From a virus: a stretch of 64,000 nt of DNA. The DNA lies in the IMG/VR virus record IMGVR_UViG_3300032087_002150, positions 64,001 to 128,000 of that record, one strand, 5' to 3'. The number at the start of each line of letters is the position of its first letter. Within the stretch, counting starts at the first letter, position 1. The notes under the pieces are model-generated. The model saw only the letters and a list, made by a program, of their open reading frames with translations, was not told the DNA's origin and did not search any database. Below, piece by piece: positions 17,353-25,921 of the stretch. Position numbers and translations under genes: made by a program.

Positions 17353-18014
17353 CATTTAATAAATGCCCACGTGGAGTCGTATGCTATCAAAGAACGAGGT
17401 TCGTCAAGAGTCTCACGGAACTTACGAACCTGATCACGAACTCCTCGATCATTCCAATCATGCCCAGAAAACAATCCACCTGTTTTGACTTTTGGCCACC
17501 ACTCGCGCAGTTCCCGAGCACATTGCTCTTCACTCAGATAGGCGTCTAAGAAAACGAAGTCTAGACTATCATCTTCAAACTGCTTCACTGCTTCGCTGGT
17601 ATCCATCTCCAAATATTCACCACGATCTTGCGCACCACTGTGGCGAAGGAAATGATATGCCATACCTCGCGCAAGTTCCATCTCCTGAATATTGGTAGTC
17701 TTTCCTGCTCGCGTCCCATCGGTACCAATGTAATCTTCATAGGGAACCCAAGCATCGACACCATATAGTTTTTTGATGTTAGGGCAGCATTGTAGCAAAG
17801 CACAGAATGAGTCGCCACGGTACAAACCAACCTCAGCACCAATGATATCTTCACCCAACGTGCCGATAGTCATAATCAAGGCACGGATATCGGGATAAGT
17901 GATCGTGAAGTTGTAGGGTTTATACCCTTCTTGCTTGGTAAACTGGTCACCAATAGTTGGTTCCAGTTCACGGCGACGGTCAACCCAAGTATCTGGTGGA
18001 TATTTCTTCAACAT
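17352..18014 (-). CDS. Class I SAM-dependent methyltransferase (Methyltransf_24-like)
   Basis: GAEVGLYRG, YGVDAW, LDFVFLDA, WWPKVKTGGLFSGHDW; paralog of 1689-2228. Confidence 0.85.
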   Translation of the reverse strand: MLKKYPPDTWVDRRRELEPTIGDQFTKQEGYKPYNFTITYPDIRALIMTIGTLGEDIIGAEVGLYRGDSFCALLQCCPNIKKLYGVDAWVPYEDYIGTDGTRAGKTTNIQEMELARGMAYHFLRHSGAQDRGEYLEMDTSEAVKQFEDDSLDFVFLDAYLSEEQCARELREWWPKVKTGGLFSGHDWNDRGVRDQVRKFRETLDEPRSLIAYDSTWAFIK

Positions 18015-18037
18015 AACTATATTCTACCTATCCAAAC

Positions 18038-19174
18038 TCAAATGTCAAGCTCTTCAGAGGAATTATTTTCCTCAGTCTCAACTCTGTCGTCGAGTTTAGT
18101 ATATAGGTCACGGAAGGCAAGTTTTGTCTCATCGTCGAAACGATTCGTGCACATCTCGATGGCAGTCATGCGATCACCAAAGATGGCGAATGCCTTGACG
18201 ATATGAACCAGTCGACGCGTCGAGATGATCTCATCAACGCCACCATCCATAAAAGTCTTGCGAATGATATCCGCCCAGTCGACGAGTTTCTGAATGTAAT
18301 CAGGGTCATTGACCTCAACAGACTCAGCAACCTTGTCGAGAATCCTACGCTCGATAGAAACGGAAGGATACTCCTGCTCACAGGTGATCGGATAACGCTC
18401 AAGGAATGCTTCGTTGAGGATGTTAGTACCGATGAAGCGACCATCGTCAGATCCCTTCCCCTTCGTGTTCGCTGTAGCAACCACGGTGAACCCATGAGCA
18501 GGAGTGATATACTCACCAGTTTTCTTGATGAAGTATCCCTTGCCCTCAAGGATAGACTGAAGACACATGACTTTGGCAGGGTTCGCCAAGTCGATCTCGT
18601 CGCAGAGCAGGACGGCACCCTTCTCCATCGCCTTGATGACTGGTCCCTTGAAAAACTTGGTATCACCGTTGACCAAACGGAAACCACCAATCAGATCGTC
18701 CTCGTCAGTCTCGACGGTGAAGTTGACGCGAATGACTTCGCGTTTGGTCGCGGCACATGCCTGCTCAACCATGTAGGTCTTGCCATTACCAGACAAACCA
18801 GTAATGAAGATAGGATAGAACTGCTTCGACTTGATCACGTCACGCACGGTGCGGAAGTTGCCGAAGGGCACGAACAACGCATCCTTGTTAGGAATCAGGT
18901 TGTGCTCAAACCCATCACTGTCCACGATCAATGAAGCAGTGGGAGCGGGAGCGGGAGCAACCACAACTGGCGCAGCAGGCGCAGAACCATCGACAGCAGG
19001 AATGCGGTACATATTACGACCCACACGTGTATCTTTGTTCAGTGCCCAGTGAGGGAATCCCTGACCGATGTTCTCGGCGGTCTCCACCAGTTCGGCACGT
19101 GAATAGTTCTGCTTTTCACCGAAGTTGGCGATCAGTGCTGAAACCAATTCTTTGCGTTGCTCAATCTTGCTCAT
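18038..19174 (-). CDS. cobS: CobS-like MoxR-family AAA+ ATPase
   Basis: GLSGNGKT, TDEDDLIGGFRL, LLCDEID, ATANTKGKGSDDGRFIGTN.LNEAFLER, ISTRRLVHI. Confidence 0.9.
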   Translation of the reverse strand: MSKIEQRKELVSALIANFGEKQNYSRAELVETAENIGQGFPHWALNKDTRVGRNMYRIPAVDGSAPAAPVVVAPAPAPTASLIVDSDGFEHNLIPNKDALFVPFGNFRTVRDVIKSKQFYPIFITGLSGNGKTYMVEQACAATKREVIRVNFTVETDEDDLIGGFRLVNGDTKFFKGPVIKAMEKGAVLLCDEIDLANPAKVMCLQSILEGKGYFIKKTGEYITPAHGFTVVATANTKGKGSDDGRFIGTNILNEAFLERYPITCEQEYPSVSIERRILDKVAESVEVNDPDYIQKLVDWADIIRKTFMDGGVDEIISTRRLVHIVKAFAIFGDRMTAIEMCTNRFDDETKLAFRDLYTKLDDRVETEENNSSEELDI

Positions 19175-19209
19175 AACAATATCTCTCTTTTAACTCAATC
19201 AATACAACT

Positions 19210-19270
19210 ATTATGAATGAAAACGTGTCCAAAAGCAAATCTGAAATACTCTAATAGAATCAATAACTTA
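19210..19270 (-). promoter_or_regulatory. Early promoter with upstream IHF-consensus box (copy 1)
   Basis: TTGCTT-N17-CATAAT; AATCAATAACTTA (WATCAA-N4-TTR) at 19258-19270. Confidence 0.65.
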
Positions 19271-21604
19271 GGCAACCTTCGCCACCAAGTCATTGAGCAT
19301 CTTGCGGGACTTCTTGCTACCAACCATTGACTTGCGGAAGGCAGTGCGGAGGCGACTCTTGGTCGCACCCTGTAGGGTATCGTCGATCTTGCTGTCAACA
19401 ATCATCAGGGATGACTTGCGGATCAGGTAGCACTCATCATATCCGACAGCAGGCATAGTGATGAATCCTTCCTTACTGTACTGATGCCAGAGGTCATCCA
19501 TAACAGTCCAATCTTTGAACCCGACCATACTGCCATAGTCACTTTCCATGTGGCGGCGACTGTTCTCAGCGATACGATATCCGATCACGTTGCTACCAGT
19601 TGCATTCTTGTACATGGCGAGAAGCATATCGGTCGCCTGAACATTGCGATAGTCATACTTCTTGTTGCCACGGAAAGTTCGGTTGGTCAACGGGCAGGTG
19701 ATAGTCACATACCCATCGCGATACAGGTTGCTGCGAACAGGACTGTACTGATGACCAACAGCGTCCATCTCGTGAGACATGCCATCCGTCAAGAAGAAGG
19801 TGTTGAGCACGTCGAGTTGATGTTGCTTGCGGAAAGCAATCGCCAAGGGTGTGCCGATAGCGATCGCCTCGTCCATAGGTGTACCGCCAAGACGGAAAGC
19901 ATCAAGTTCAAGGAACCTTCGCGCACAATGCCAGAAAGAACGACCGTTGATGTCGCCGATATTGTTGGCGAGTTCAATCATGCGCTTCTTGCTGACGTTA
20001 CGACAAAACTGAGCAAGCAATGCCTTAGCGATAAGAATCATATCTGGTTTACGCTGATCGCTGCTGAACAACTCAAGGAGGCGACCGTCTTGGACGAGAA
20101 GCGTGCCCTTGTTCATATCACGTTGATCAACAATGTTTCCATGATAGGACAGCGAGTTGGTGAAACCATACACGCGGAAGGGCACGTTGATCTGTCGACA
20201 GAAGTGAGTCAGGAGCAGAGTCTGCTCGACAGTCTCATACATGACGTCGTACATAGAACCTGACATGTCAAGGTACATAATGAAACCATGGTTCTTGCCT
20301 TCAGGTACAATGGTGACTTTCTTAAAGATATCGTCAGAGAACTTGTAGTTGTTCATCTTGACCGTGTCGATGACACCAGTTTTAGAAGTCAAGGAACGAC
20401 GATGTTCGCCAGCAGACTTCTTCATCTCAAACTCTTTGACCATAGCATTGACTGCTTTCTTATTGACACGCGACCACTCGTTGTAGAGCGCAGTGCCAAA
20501 AGTTTCAATCATCTCAAGACGAATCTCGGTCTCTGCCTCAATACGTTCGGAACGCCAAGTTTCTAAATCACGGTCATTTATCTTGTAAGAGATGAGGTCG
20601 CCGTTACGAATCTCATTGACTAAATCCTTGTGCGAGATAACGTAATCGCTCCAGTTGCGAGTGTAGTCATTGACGCGGAGGTTGGTCACCTTACCACCAT
20701 GCGTAGTGTAGATCTCATTGTTGATCGAATCACGCAAGGTCTTGTCGGTGTTAGACATGGGTTCAGCGGGAGCACCACCTGCCTGATCGGAGAAGGAATC
20801 ATAGTCGCCTTCCCACTCACCTTCTTCCTCCTCACCATCTTCATAGTCAGAGGATGTTGGCGAACCTGAGTTGTCGTCGGTGTAGTCGTCACCCTGTTCA
20901 GAAGCAGACTCCCCTGCTTCAGATTCCATGAGTTCTTCATCAGAGTCATCTTCGTCCCAACCCATGGCAGGTTCATCGTCATCCTGCTCCTCGCCTTCTT
21001 CCTCGGCAAGTTCTTGAGCACGTTGCTTCGCTTCTTCCTGTTGCTGCTCAAGTTCTTCCTTACAGAAACCAAACAGGTCGTCGGTGATAGAAACAACGTC
21101 TTCCCAAGTTTCGGCATTTTCAATACGGGGCAACCACTGCTTCTCGTCGTCAGTAAACTTGACGCCAGCAGACATACCGCACTTGAAGTAAGTATTGATG
21201 CGGTCAATCAAACCCATCTGGTTAATCGCGTCGATGTCAGCACCGAAGAAACCATCGGCGAGCAGTTTACGATAAGACTTGATGAAAGGAGCACGCAGAC
21301 CAGGATACTTGCGCTGGATCAACTTCTCGATCCGAGCATCCTCGACCACGTTGAGGAATGACTTGTAACCAGCACCCTTGGCGCATACAGCGTCATGCCA
21401 ACCTTCAAGGGGAGTGTAAAGAGCGTGACCCACCTCGTGACCAATCAGGTGGTCCTCGGTATAAGCAGAAACATCTGCCCACATAGGCAGAGTCAGTACA
21501 CGGTTCTTGACATCAAACATAGCAGTCCGCACGTTGTCCTGTACGACCGTGATGTTCTCGGTCGCTAGAAGTTTGGCGGTAACTGACTTTGCTGCTTGAT
21601 CCAT
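19268..21604 (-). CDS. CobT-like vWA / metallopeptidase partner of the AAA+ ATPase
   Basis: HEVGHALYT, NVVEDARIE, acidic linker, DMSGSM MIDAS motif, GGTP, FLTDG. Confidence 0.85.
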   Translation of the reverse strand: MDQAAKSVTAKLLATENITVVQDNVRTAMFDVKNRVLTLPMWADVSAYTEDHLIGHEVGHALYTPLEGWHDAVCAKGAGYKSFLNVVEDARIEKLIQRKYPGLRAPFIKSYRKLLADGFFGADIDAINQMGLIDRINTYFKCGMSAGVKFTDDEKQWLPRIENAETWEDVVSITDDLFGFCKEELEQQQEEAKQRAQELAEEEGEEQDDDEPAMGWDEDDSDEELMESEAGESASEQGDDYTDDNSGSPTSSDYEDGEEEEGEWEGDYDSFSDQAGGAPAEPMSNTDKTLRDSINNEIYTTHGGKVTNLRVNDYTRNWSDYVISHKDLVNEIRNGDLISYKINDRDLETWRSERIEAETEIRLEMIETFGTALYNEWSRVNKKAVNAMVKEFEMKKSAGEHRRSLTSKTGVIDTVKMNNYKFSDDIFKKVTIVPEGKNHGFIMYLDMSGSMYDVMYETVEQTLLLTHFCRQINVPFRVYGFTNSLSYHGNIVDQRDMNKGTLLVQDGRLLELFSSDQRKPDMILIAKALLAQFCRNVSKKRMIELANNIGDINGRSFWHCARRFLELDAFRLGGTPMDEAIAIGTPLAIAFRKQHQLDVLNTFFLTDGMSHEMDAVGHQYSPVRSNLYRDGYVTITCPLTNRTFRGNKKYDYRNVQATDMLLAMYKNATGSNVIGYRIAENSRRHMESDYGSMVGFKDWTVMDDLWHQYSKEGFITMPAVGYDECYLIRKSSLMIVDSKIDDTLQGATKSRLRTAFRKSMVGSKKSRKMLNDLVAKVA

Positions 21605-21628
21605 ATCTTTCTCCTCAACTCAGACTAT

Positions 21629-21689
21629 ATTATGACTGAATCTGGGTACAAAGTAAAGTCTAAAAAACTCTAATGAAATCAATAACTTA
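21629..21689 (-). promoter_or_regulatory. Early promoter with upstream IHF-consensus box (copy 2)
   Basis: TTTACT-N17-CATAAT; AATCAATAACTTA at 21677-21689. Confidence 0.6.
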
Positions 21690-21932
21690 GAAATCGAAAT
21701 GCTCAACGCGAGCATATTCAGGGTATTCAGCGGCGAGTTCTTCGGCATGAACCGCATACTCAAAGAAGAAAGTATGCTGATAGTTGTCAGTCCATGTCTC
21801 GAAATGCCATGCTTTTTTAGGCAGGTGTTCTTTGCACCATTCGCGACCTTCAAAGAATAGGTCAGAGTGCAGGTGGCAAGCAGTTCCTGGTCGCCACCTG
21901 AGTTTGTACTCAAAGATTTCTTGAGGTGTCAA
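21687..21932 (-). CDS. Hypothetical protein
   Basis: MTPQEIFEYKLRW...WCK...W....TD.Y.HTFFFE; overlaps the upstream stop. Confidence 0.65.
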   Translation of the reverse strand: MTPQEIFEYKLRWRPGTACHLHSDLFFEGREWCKEHLPKKAWHFETWTDNYQHTFFFEYAVHAEELAAEYPEYARVEHFDF

Positions 21933-22498
21933 AGCATAGACTCCAATGAGTTGTGCTGCCAGTCAGAGATACGATCCCATTGAACTTCCCAGAGCATCTC
22001 CTGACCTTCTTCGTCAAACTCGCGTTCTTCAGGGTCAAAGTGCGCTCGAAGTTCTTCATCGTTCTCGAGGCACATGTCGATAAACTCATCGCTCTCAAGT
22101 TCTTCTTGATCTTCCAGACCGCCAGCATCAAAGACTGCGCAACCAATAAAGTTACAGAACTCGTCTTCATATGTCAAGGCGAGGCGAACGCCAGCATCTA
22201 CCACACCAATCTGTTCAGCAAGGTAAGCGCAGAACTCGATACAGGGTGACCAAGCAGAATACATAGACAGACCATACTCATCATGATCTGTAAGGTATGC
22301 CCACTTCGCGCCAACGAGGTCGCACATATTCTCTCGATTCATATCGTCGTAGGAATCAAAGAAAACAAACCCAAGATGCTTCTCACCACCTTGAGTATCG
22401 TCTCGATCCAATCGACCAAGGATTTCGTTCCAAACCTCACGACCCTTCTCATTCAACTCAGAACGGAGACTGAGGTATTGACTCACATGATTTGCCAT
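21929..22498 (-). CDS. Hypothetical acidic early protein (SAWSP motif, ferredoxin-like fold tentative)
   Basis: MANHV...GAKW...SAWSP...YEDE; GGAGG RBS behind an early promoter. Confidence 0.65.
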   Translation of the reverse strand: MANHVSQYLSLRSELNEKGREVWNEILGRLDRDDTQGGEKHLGFVFFDSYDDMNRENMCDLVGAKWAYLTDHDEYGLSMYSAWSPCIEFCAYLAEQIGVVDAGVRLALTYEDEFCNFIGCAVFDAGGLEDQEELESDEFIDMCLENDEELRAHFDPEEREFDEEGQEMLWEVQWDRISDWQHNSLESML

Positions 22499-22531
22499 AG
22501 TATCCTCCTAGTTTGATAAGGCAACTTTATT

Positions 22532-22592
22532 ATTCTGCCTGAATAAAACCGCAAAGGCAAATCTAAAAAACTTTAAGATAATCAAGGACTTA
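22532..22592 (-). promoter_or_regulatory. Early promoter with upstream IHF-consensus box (copy 3)
   Basis: TTGCCT-N17-CAGAAT; AATCAAGGACTTA at 22580-22592. Confidence 0.6.
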
Positions 22593-23399
22593 CGCAAAGA
22601 AATCTTCTAGTGAAACGGAACTAGACTTTTCGTACTTGCCTCCACTCTTATCTCGTAGACGAAGTTCAGCGTGCCCAGTAGAACTACGAATGTACATAGA
22701 GCAAAGATCTGGAAACATCTCAGCAATCTTGGTGATCGAATCATGCACATATTGCTCAGTCCTTATAGTTTGTAGTCCACCTTCCTCTTTGTAATAGTTG
22801 GACTTCACTGTGTATTTATCAAGGCGGCACAGTACACCGTGTTTCACATACTGTCGCAGACTATACTCATAGTCCTCGCCATGATTAGTTACACGATCAA
22901 GGTATTCATCATGATCACAAATGACGCCAAACATAGAAGCAATGATATAACAAAGTTTAGAGTAGACTCGATCCTTCATAAAGTATGCGTTCGCAGCTGC
23001 GTAGATACCAAAAGTTTTAGCACCGAGTTCCTCACAGTTTTTAAACCCCTGTTCAATAATCTCAGTGTAGAGATCATCAATGGGTTCTAGAGTTTTCTCA
23101 TCCTTCCTACGTTGTACCTGTTCAATGTCGTCATCAAACATCATCAGGTAAGTGCCCTCTGGGTAATACTTCTCAATCCAGTTACGTTGAGCACCGATAG
23201 TCGGGACACCAACTACAATGTTGCCTCCATACTTGTGTCCAGCAAGTGCCTCTTTGTATACTGCTTCCTCTTCTTCATTCGCAACGAAAACAGTAACACG
23301 TTCAGGTGGGATGTTATGTTCCTCAAATACCTTGAACGTCTTATCTTGAATAGTCTTAGATCGTTGGTAGGAAGGGCAGGCGATTTGATAATCAATCAT
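22590..23399 (-). CDS. TET/JBP-associated (GREB1/TAGT-like) GT-A glycosyltransferase
   Basis: IACPSYQR, AQRNWI, MFDDDI, GEDYEYSL, GGLQ; in an operon with a TET/JBP dioxygenase; C-terminal SVSLEDFFA. Confidence 0.8.
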   Translation of the reverse strand: MIDYQIACPSYQRSKTIQDKTFKVFEEHNIPPERVTVFVANEEEEAVYKEALAGHKYGGNIVVGVPTIGAQRNWIEKYYPEGTYLMMFDDDIEQVQRRKDEKTLEPIDDLYTEIIEQGFKNCEELGAKTFGIYAAANAYFMKDRVYSKLCYIIASMFGVICDHDEYLDRVTNHGEDYEYSLRQYVKHGVLCRLDKYTVKSNYYKEEGGLQTIRTEQYVHDSITKIAEMFPDLCSMYIRSSTGHAELRLRDKSGGKYEKSSSVSLEDFFA

Positions 23400-23799
23400 T
23401 ACAAACTCTCTTTCTTAAATCACTAGAACTAAATCGGTGGTCTCTTTTGTTAAAGTATAGATCGATGTCACGTTTGCGACAAATATCTTTACCAGTAAAA
23501 TCTTTATCCCGATACTCTTCGCCGAGGATACGCACGTTGATATGATACATCGCTAGGATATCTTCTAGGTCTGCCTCAGTAGAGTATGGGATAATCTCAT
23601 CAACGTAGCGAACTGCTTTGAGTTGAGTGTATCTCTCGACGACAGTTTGAATAGGTTGATTTTTGTTAGGACGGTCAAGAGTCGGGTCTACCTGTAGTCC
23701 ACAAATCAAATAATCACATTGGTCTTTGGCATCACGAAGCATTTGTACATGTCCAGCATGCAGCAAATCAAAAGCACTACAAGTAAACCCAACTCTCAT
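23392..23799 (-). CDS. TagD-like cytidylyltransferase / nucleotidyltransferase
   Basis: FDLLHAGH (HxGH), ER..QL.AVRYVDEII.Y, RFSSSDLR. Confidence 0.88.
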   Translation of the reverse strand: MRVGFTCSAFDLLHAGHVQMLRDAKDQCDYLICGLQVDPTLDRPNKNQPIQTVVERYTQLKAVRYVDEIIPYSTEADLEDILAMYHINVRILGEEYRDKDFTGKDICRKRDIDLYFNKRDHRFSSSDLRKRVCND

Positions 23800-25220
23800 C
23801 CGAAAAACTCCTCAAGCGAACCTGCTTGTTGGAAAGCATTAGGATGATATTCCATCAACATGGACTTACCACCCTTCTTTTCAAGGTATTCATACCACTC
23901 AGTCTCATCCCACATGCCAGGGGAGACACCATTCCAATACTCGCGCCATAACTTATGCTCTTTGTTAAGTCGGCGGTCATCAACGTATTGTTTACGATAC
24001 GACTCATACTCCCAAGAACCCAACTTATCCATATCCTCGCGGAAGTAATATACCAGAGACATACGCATCAAGTCATCTTCACCTGAGTCGGGTGCTTCGA
24101 TAGGAGTGTTGCCATGGATCACTCGCATGTTATCAACGAGTAGCAGGTCTCCTGGTCGAACGTTGATAGCAACGCGAACCTCTGGACAAACAAGATAACC
24201 ACCCTTCCAGTTTCGCTTACCGTCACTGATCACAGTCAGGTTTGAGAATCCTGGGACGAGCGAACCTTGGTCACGGTGGCATGCCATACGTGCATTACGA
24301 TCCTTGGTGGTTGTGTTCACTGTAATCGTAGTGAAGGTTGTATCCTCGCCGATCAAGAAACGGTTGTCCAATCTATCAGCAAATGCTTTCTGCTTGCTGT
24401 ATCGTTCAGGAAGCAACTCGGCGAAAGTCTTGTCGAGTTTACGAGCGAACGGATATGACTTCTCAAACTTCTCACGGTTGTGGTCAACGTATGAAGTCGC
24501 CCGACCATATGGGATACGTGGGTATCGACCATAGAAACCTGCGATACCTGACCAGATAGCAGTCGCATAAGAAGTATCGGAGATCATGGTATCACGAACA
24601 CGCTGAGCATATATTGATGCTGCATGAATATCTGGAGAATAACCAAGACCCTTGGTCAACTCAGAAAGTCGCACCATTAGTTTCGGAAAGAACCCATCAT
24701 ACTCGCCGAACTCTTTCTCAATAGCAGTCGTCAACCAAACTTCGCCTCTCGCCTGCTCATCGTTGCTGCTTTTAGCAATCTCTTCCAACGGATCAGATCC
24801 GTCGATGCTTGGCGGTTGCCCTTTGATGTACCAATCGAGGACTCTACTTTGAAACGCAGTGACCCACTCGCGACCATATGACTTGCCTTCCCTCGGACCT
24901 GCTGCTAGACCACGATTGTTCGACTCAACTGCTGCGCCATACAACCCTTCAAGAGCACCGTCCTGTTCTTCCTGAGTAAACACACCCTTGCGGAACTTAA
25001 ACGCAATACGATCCTCGTTTAGAGTATCACCTGTCAACGAGTTACTCGGAAGATAAAAATCTGTATCTCTATCAATCAAGATGTCATAGTGTTCCTCGTC
25101 AACAAACTGACCAAGGACTTTGTCTTCAGACTCTATGAAGTTAGCAATGTATACATCTTGACCTTCGTCACCAGTGAACCAGTCCCAAGTGTAGTTTCCG
25201 TGTTTGATTTTTTCGTTCAT
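23796..25220 (-). CDS. TET/JBP-family 2OG-Fe(II) DNA dioxygenase
   Basis: FTTITVN...ACHRD (HxD)...GGYLV.PE.RVA...RPGDLLL...HGNTPI...RMSLVYY(F)RE; C-terminal SLEEFFG. Confidence 0.85.
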   Translation of the reverse strand: MNEKIKHGNYTWDWFTGDEGQDVYIANFIESEDKVLGQFVDEEHYDILIDRDTDFYLPSNSLTGDTLNEDRIAFKFRKGVFTQEEQDGALEGLYGAAVESNNRGLAAGPREGKSYGREWVTAFQSRVLDWYIKGQPPSIDGSDPLEEIAKSSNDEQARGEVWLTTAIEKEFGEYDGFFPKLMVRLSELTKGLGYSPDIHAASIYAQRVRDTMISDTSYATAIWSGIAGFYGRYPRIPYGRATSYVDHNREKFEKSYPFARKLDKTFAELLPERYSKQKAFADRLDNRFLIGEDTTFTTITVNTTTKDRNARMACHRDQGSLVPGFSNLTVISDGKRNWKGGYLVCPEVRVAINVRPGDLLLVDNMRVIHGNTPIEAPDSGEDDLMRMSLVYYFREDMDKLGSWEYESYRKQYVDDRRLNKEHKLWREYWNGVSPGMWDETEWYEYLEKKGGKSMLMEYHPNAFQQAGSLEEFFG

Positions 25221-25227
25221 AGTTCCT

Positions 25228-25256
25228 ATTCTACTAAATCACAAATCAAAAGTCAA
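25228..25256 (-). promoter_or_regulatory. Sigma70-type promoter for the TET operon
   Basis: TTGACT-N17-TAGAAT just upstream of the ATG at 25220. Confidence 0.65.
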
Positions 25257-25409
25257 TACCTGAGAATCAACCATTGTAAACTTTTGACTTTTGGTTCGTA
25301 TCTCTAATCCGTTGTATTTATGTTTGATCCCGTTTTCAGTCATTTCCTTAGATAAAGAGGCGAGGTCATTGTACTTCATTGATTTCTTCTTGGGAATATA
25401 TTTCTTCAT
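25239..25409 (-). CDS. Small basic hypothetical protein (56 aa; not in ORF track)
   Basis: MKKYIPKKKSMKYNDLASL...VLTFDL; ATGA overlap with the upstream gene. Confidence 0.55.
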   Translation of the reverse strand: MKKYIPKKKSMKYNDLASLSKEMTENGIKHKYNGLEIRTKSQKFTMVDSQVLTFDL

Positions 25410-25921
25410 TTATTATGTTTCTTTGCACCTTTAAGGTACTCATTACCACAATCAGAATGCGGTCCATTGGCATCAACGTAATGTAAGAAGGATTGGTAAA
25501 CCATACCATCTGGATTAGAATCTCTCCAGTGCATCAATGGGCGGTGGTATACTACTGCGTCACCTTGTTCCATAGCATATGAACCACCATCCCAATGAAA
25601 CTCCCAAGGAGATTTTTCATTGCGAAGGCAAACAGTGACACTGACTTGACAAGCAGGACGATCGCTGTGCTTCTCTAAGGTTTCTCCTACGGAATATATT
25701 CTACAATAGTCGTAAGTTGGAATGAGTTCTAATCCAGTAATAGATTCCATCTTCTCGAGAGAATCTTCTAGTAAGTCCCAGTTTGCACCATAGATTGCCC
25801 AAGAGTTTCTACATTGACCGTCATCAAACTGCATATTTTCTTTCATGCTTTCCATTCTATCTGCGTATTGATTCGCAGTGTCAATGTCCAAGAACCCTTT
25901 TACGACTTGCGCGAGTTTCAT
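25406..25921 (-). CDS. 2OG-Fe(II) oxygenase
   Basis: PTY.Y.RIY..G..L.KHSDRPAC.VSVT...GDAVVY...HWR...Q.FLHYV..NGP. Confidence 0.85.
   Translation of the reverse strand: MKLAQVVKGFLDIDTANQYADRMESMKENMQFDDGQCRNSWAIYGANWDLLEDSLEKMESITGLELIPTYDYCRIYSVGETLEKHSDRPACQVSVTVCLRNEKSPWEFHWDGGSYAMEQGDAVVYHRPLMHWRDSNPDGMVYQSFLHYVDANGPHSDCGNEYLKGAKKHNK

Noticed and set aside
18038-19174. cobS as a cobalamin-biosynthesis auxiliary gene
   Set aside because: No other cob genes are in the window. The sequence supports only a MoxR AAA+ ATPase with a vWA partner.
18203-20263. Long plus-strand ORFs (243 aa, 259 aa) and other antisense ORFs in the track
   Set aside because: They lie opposite well-supported minus-strand genes and have no RBS or recognisable motifs. 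Codon bias on the coding strand explains them.
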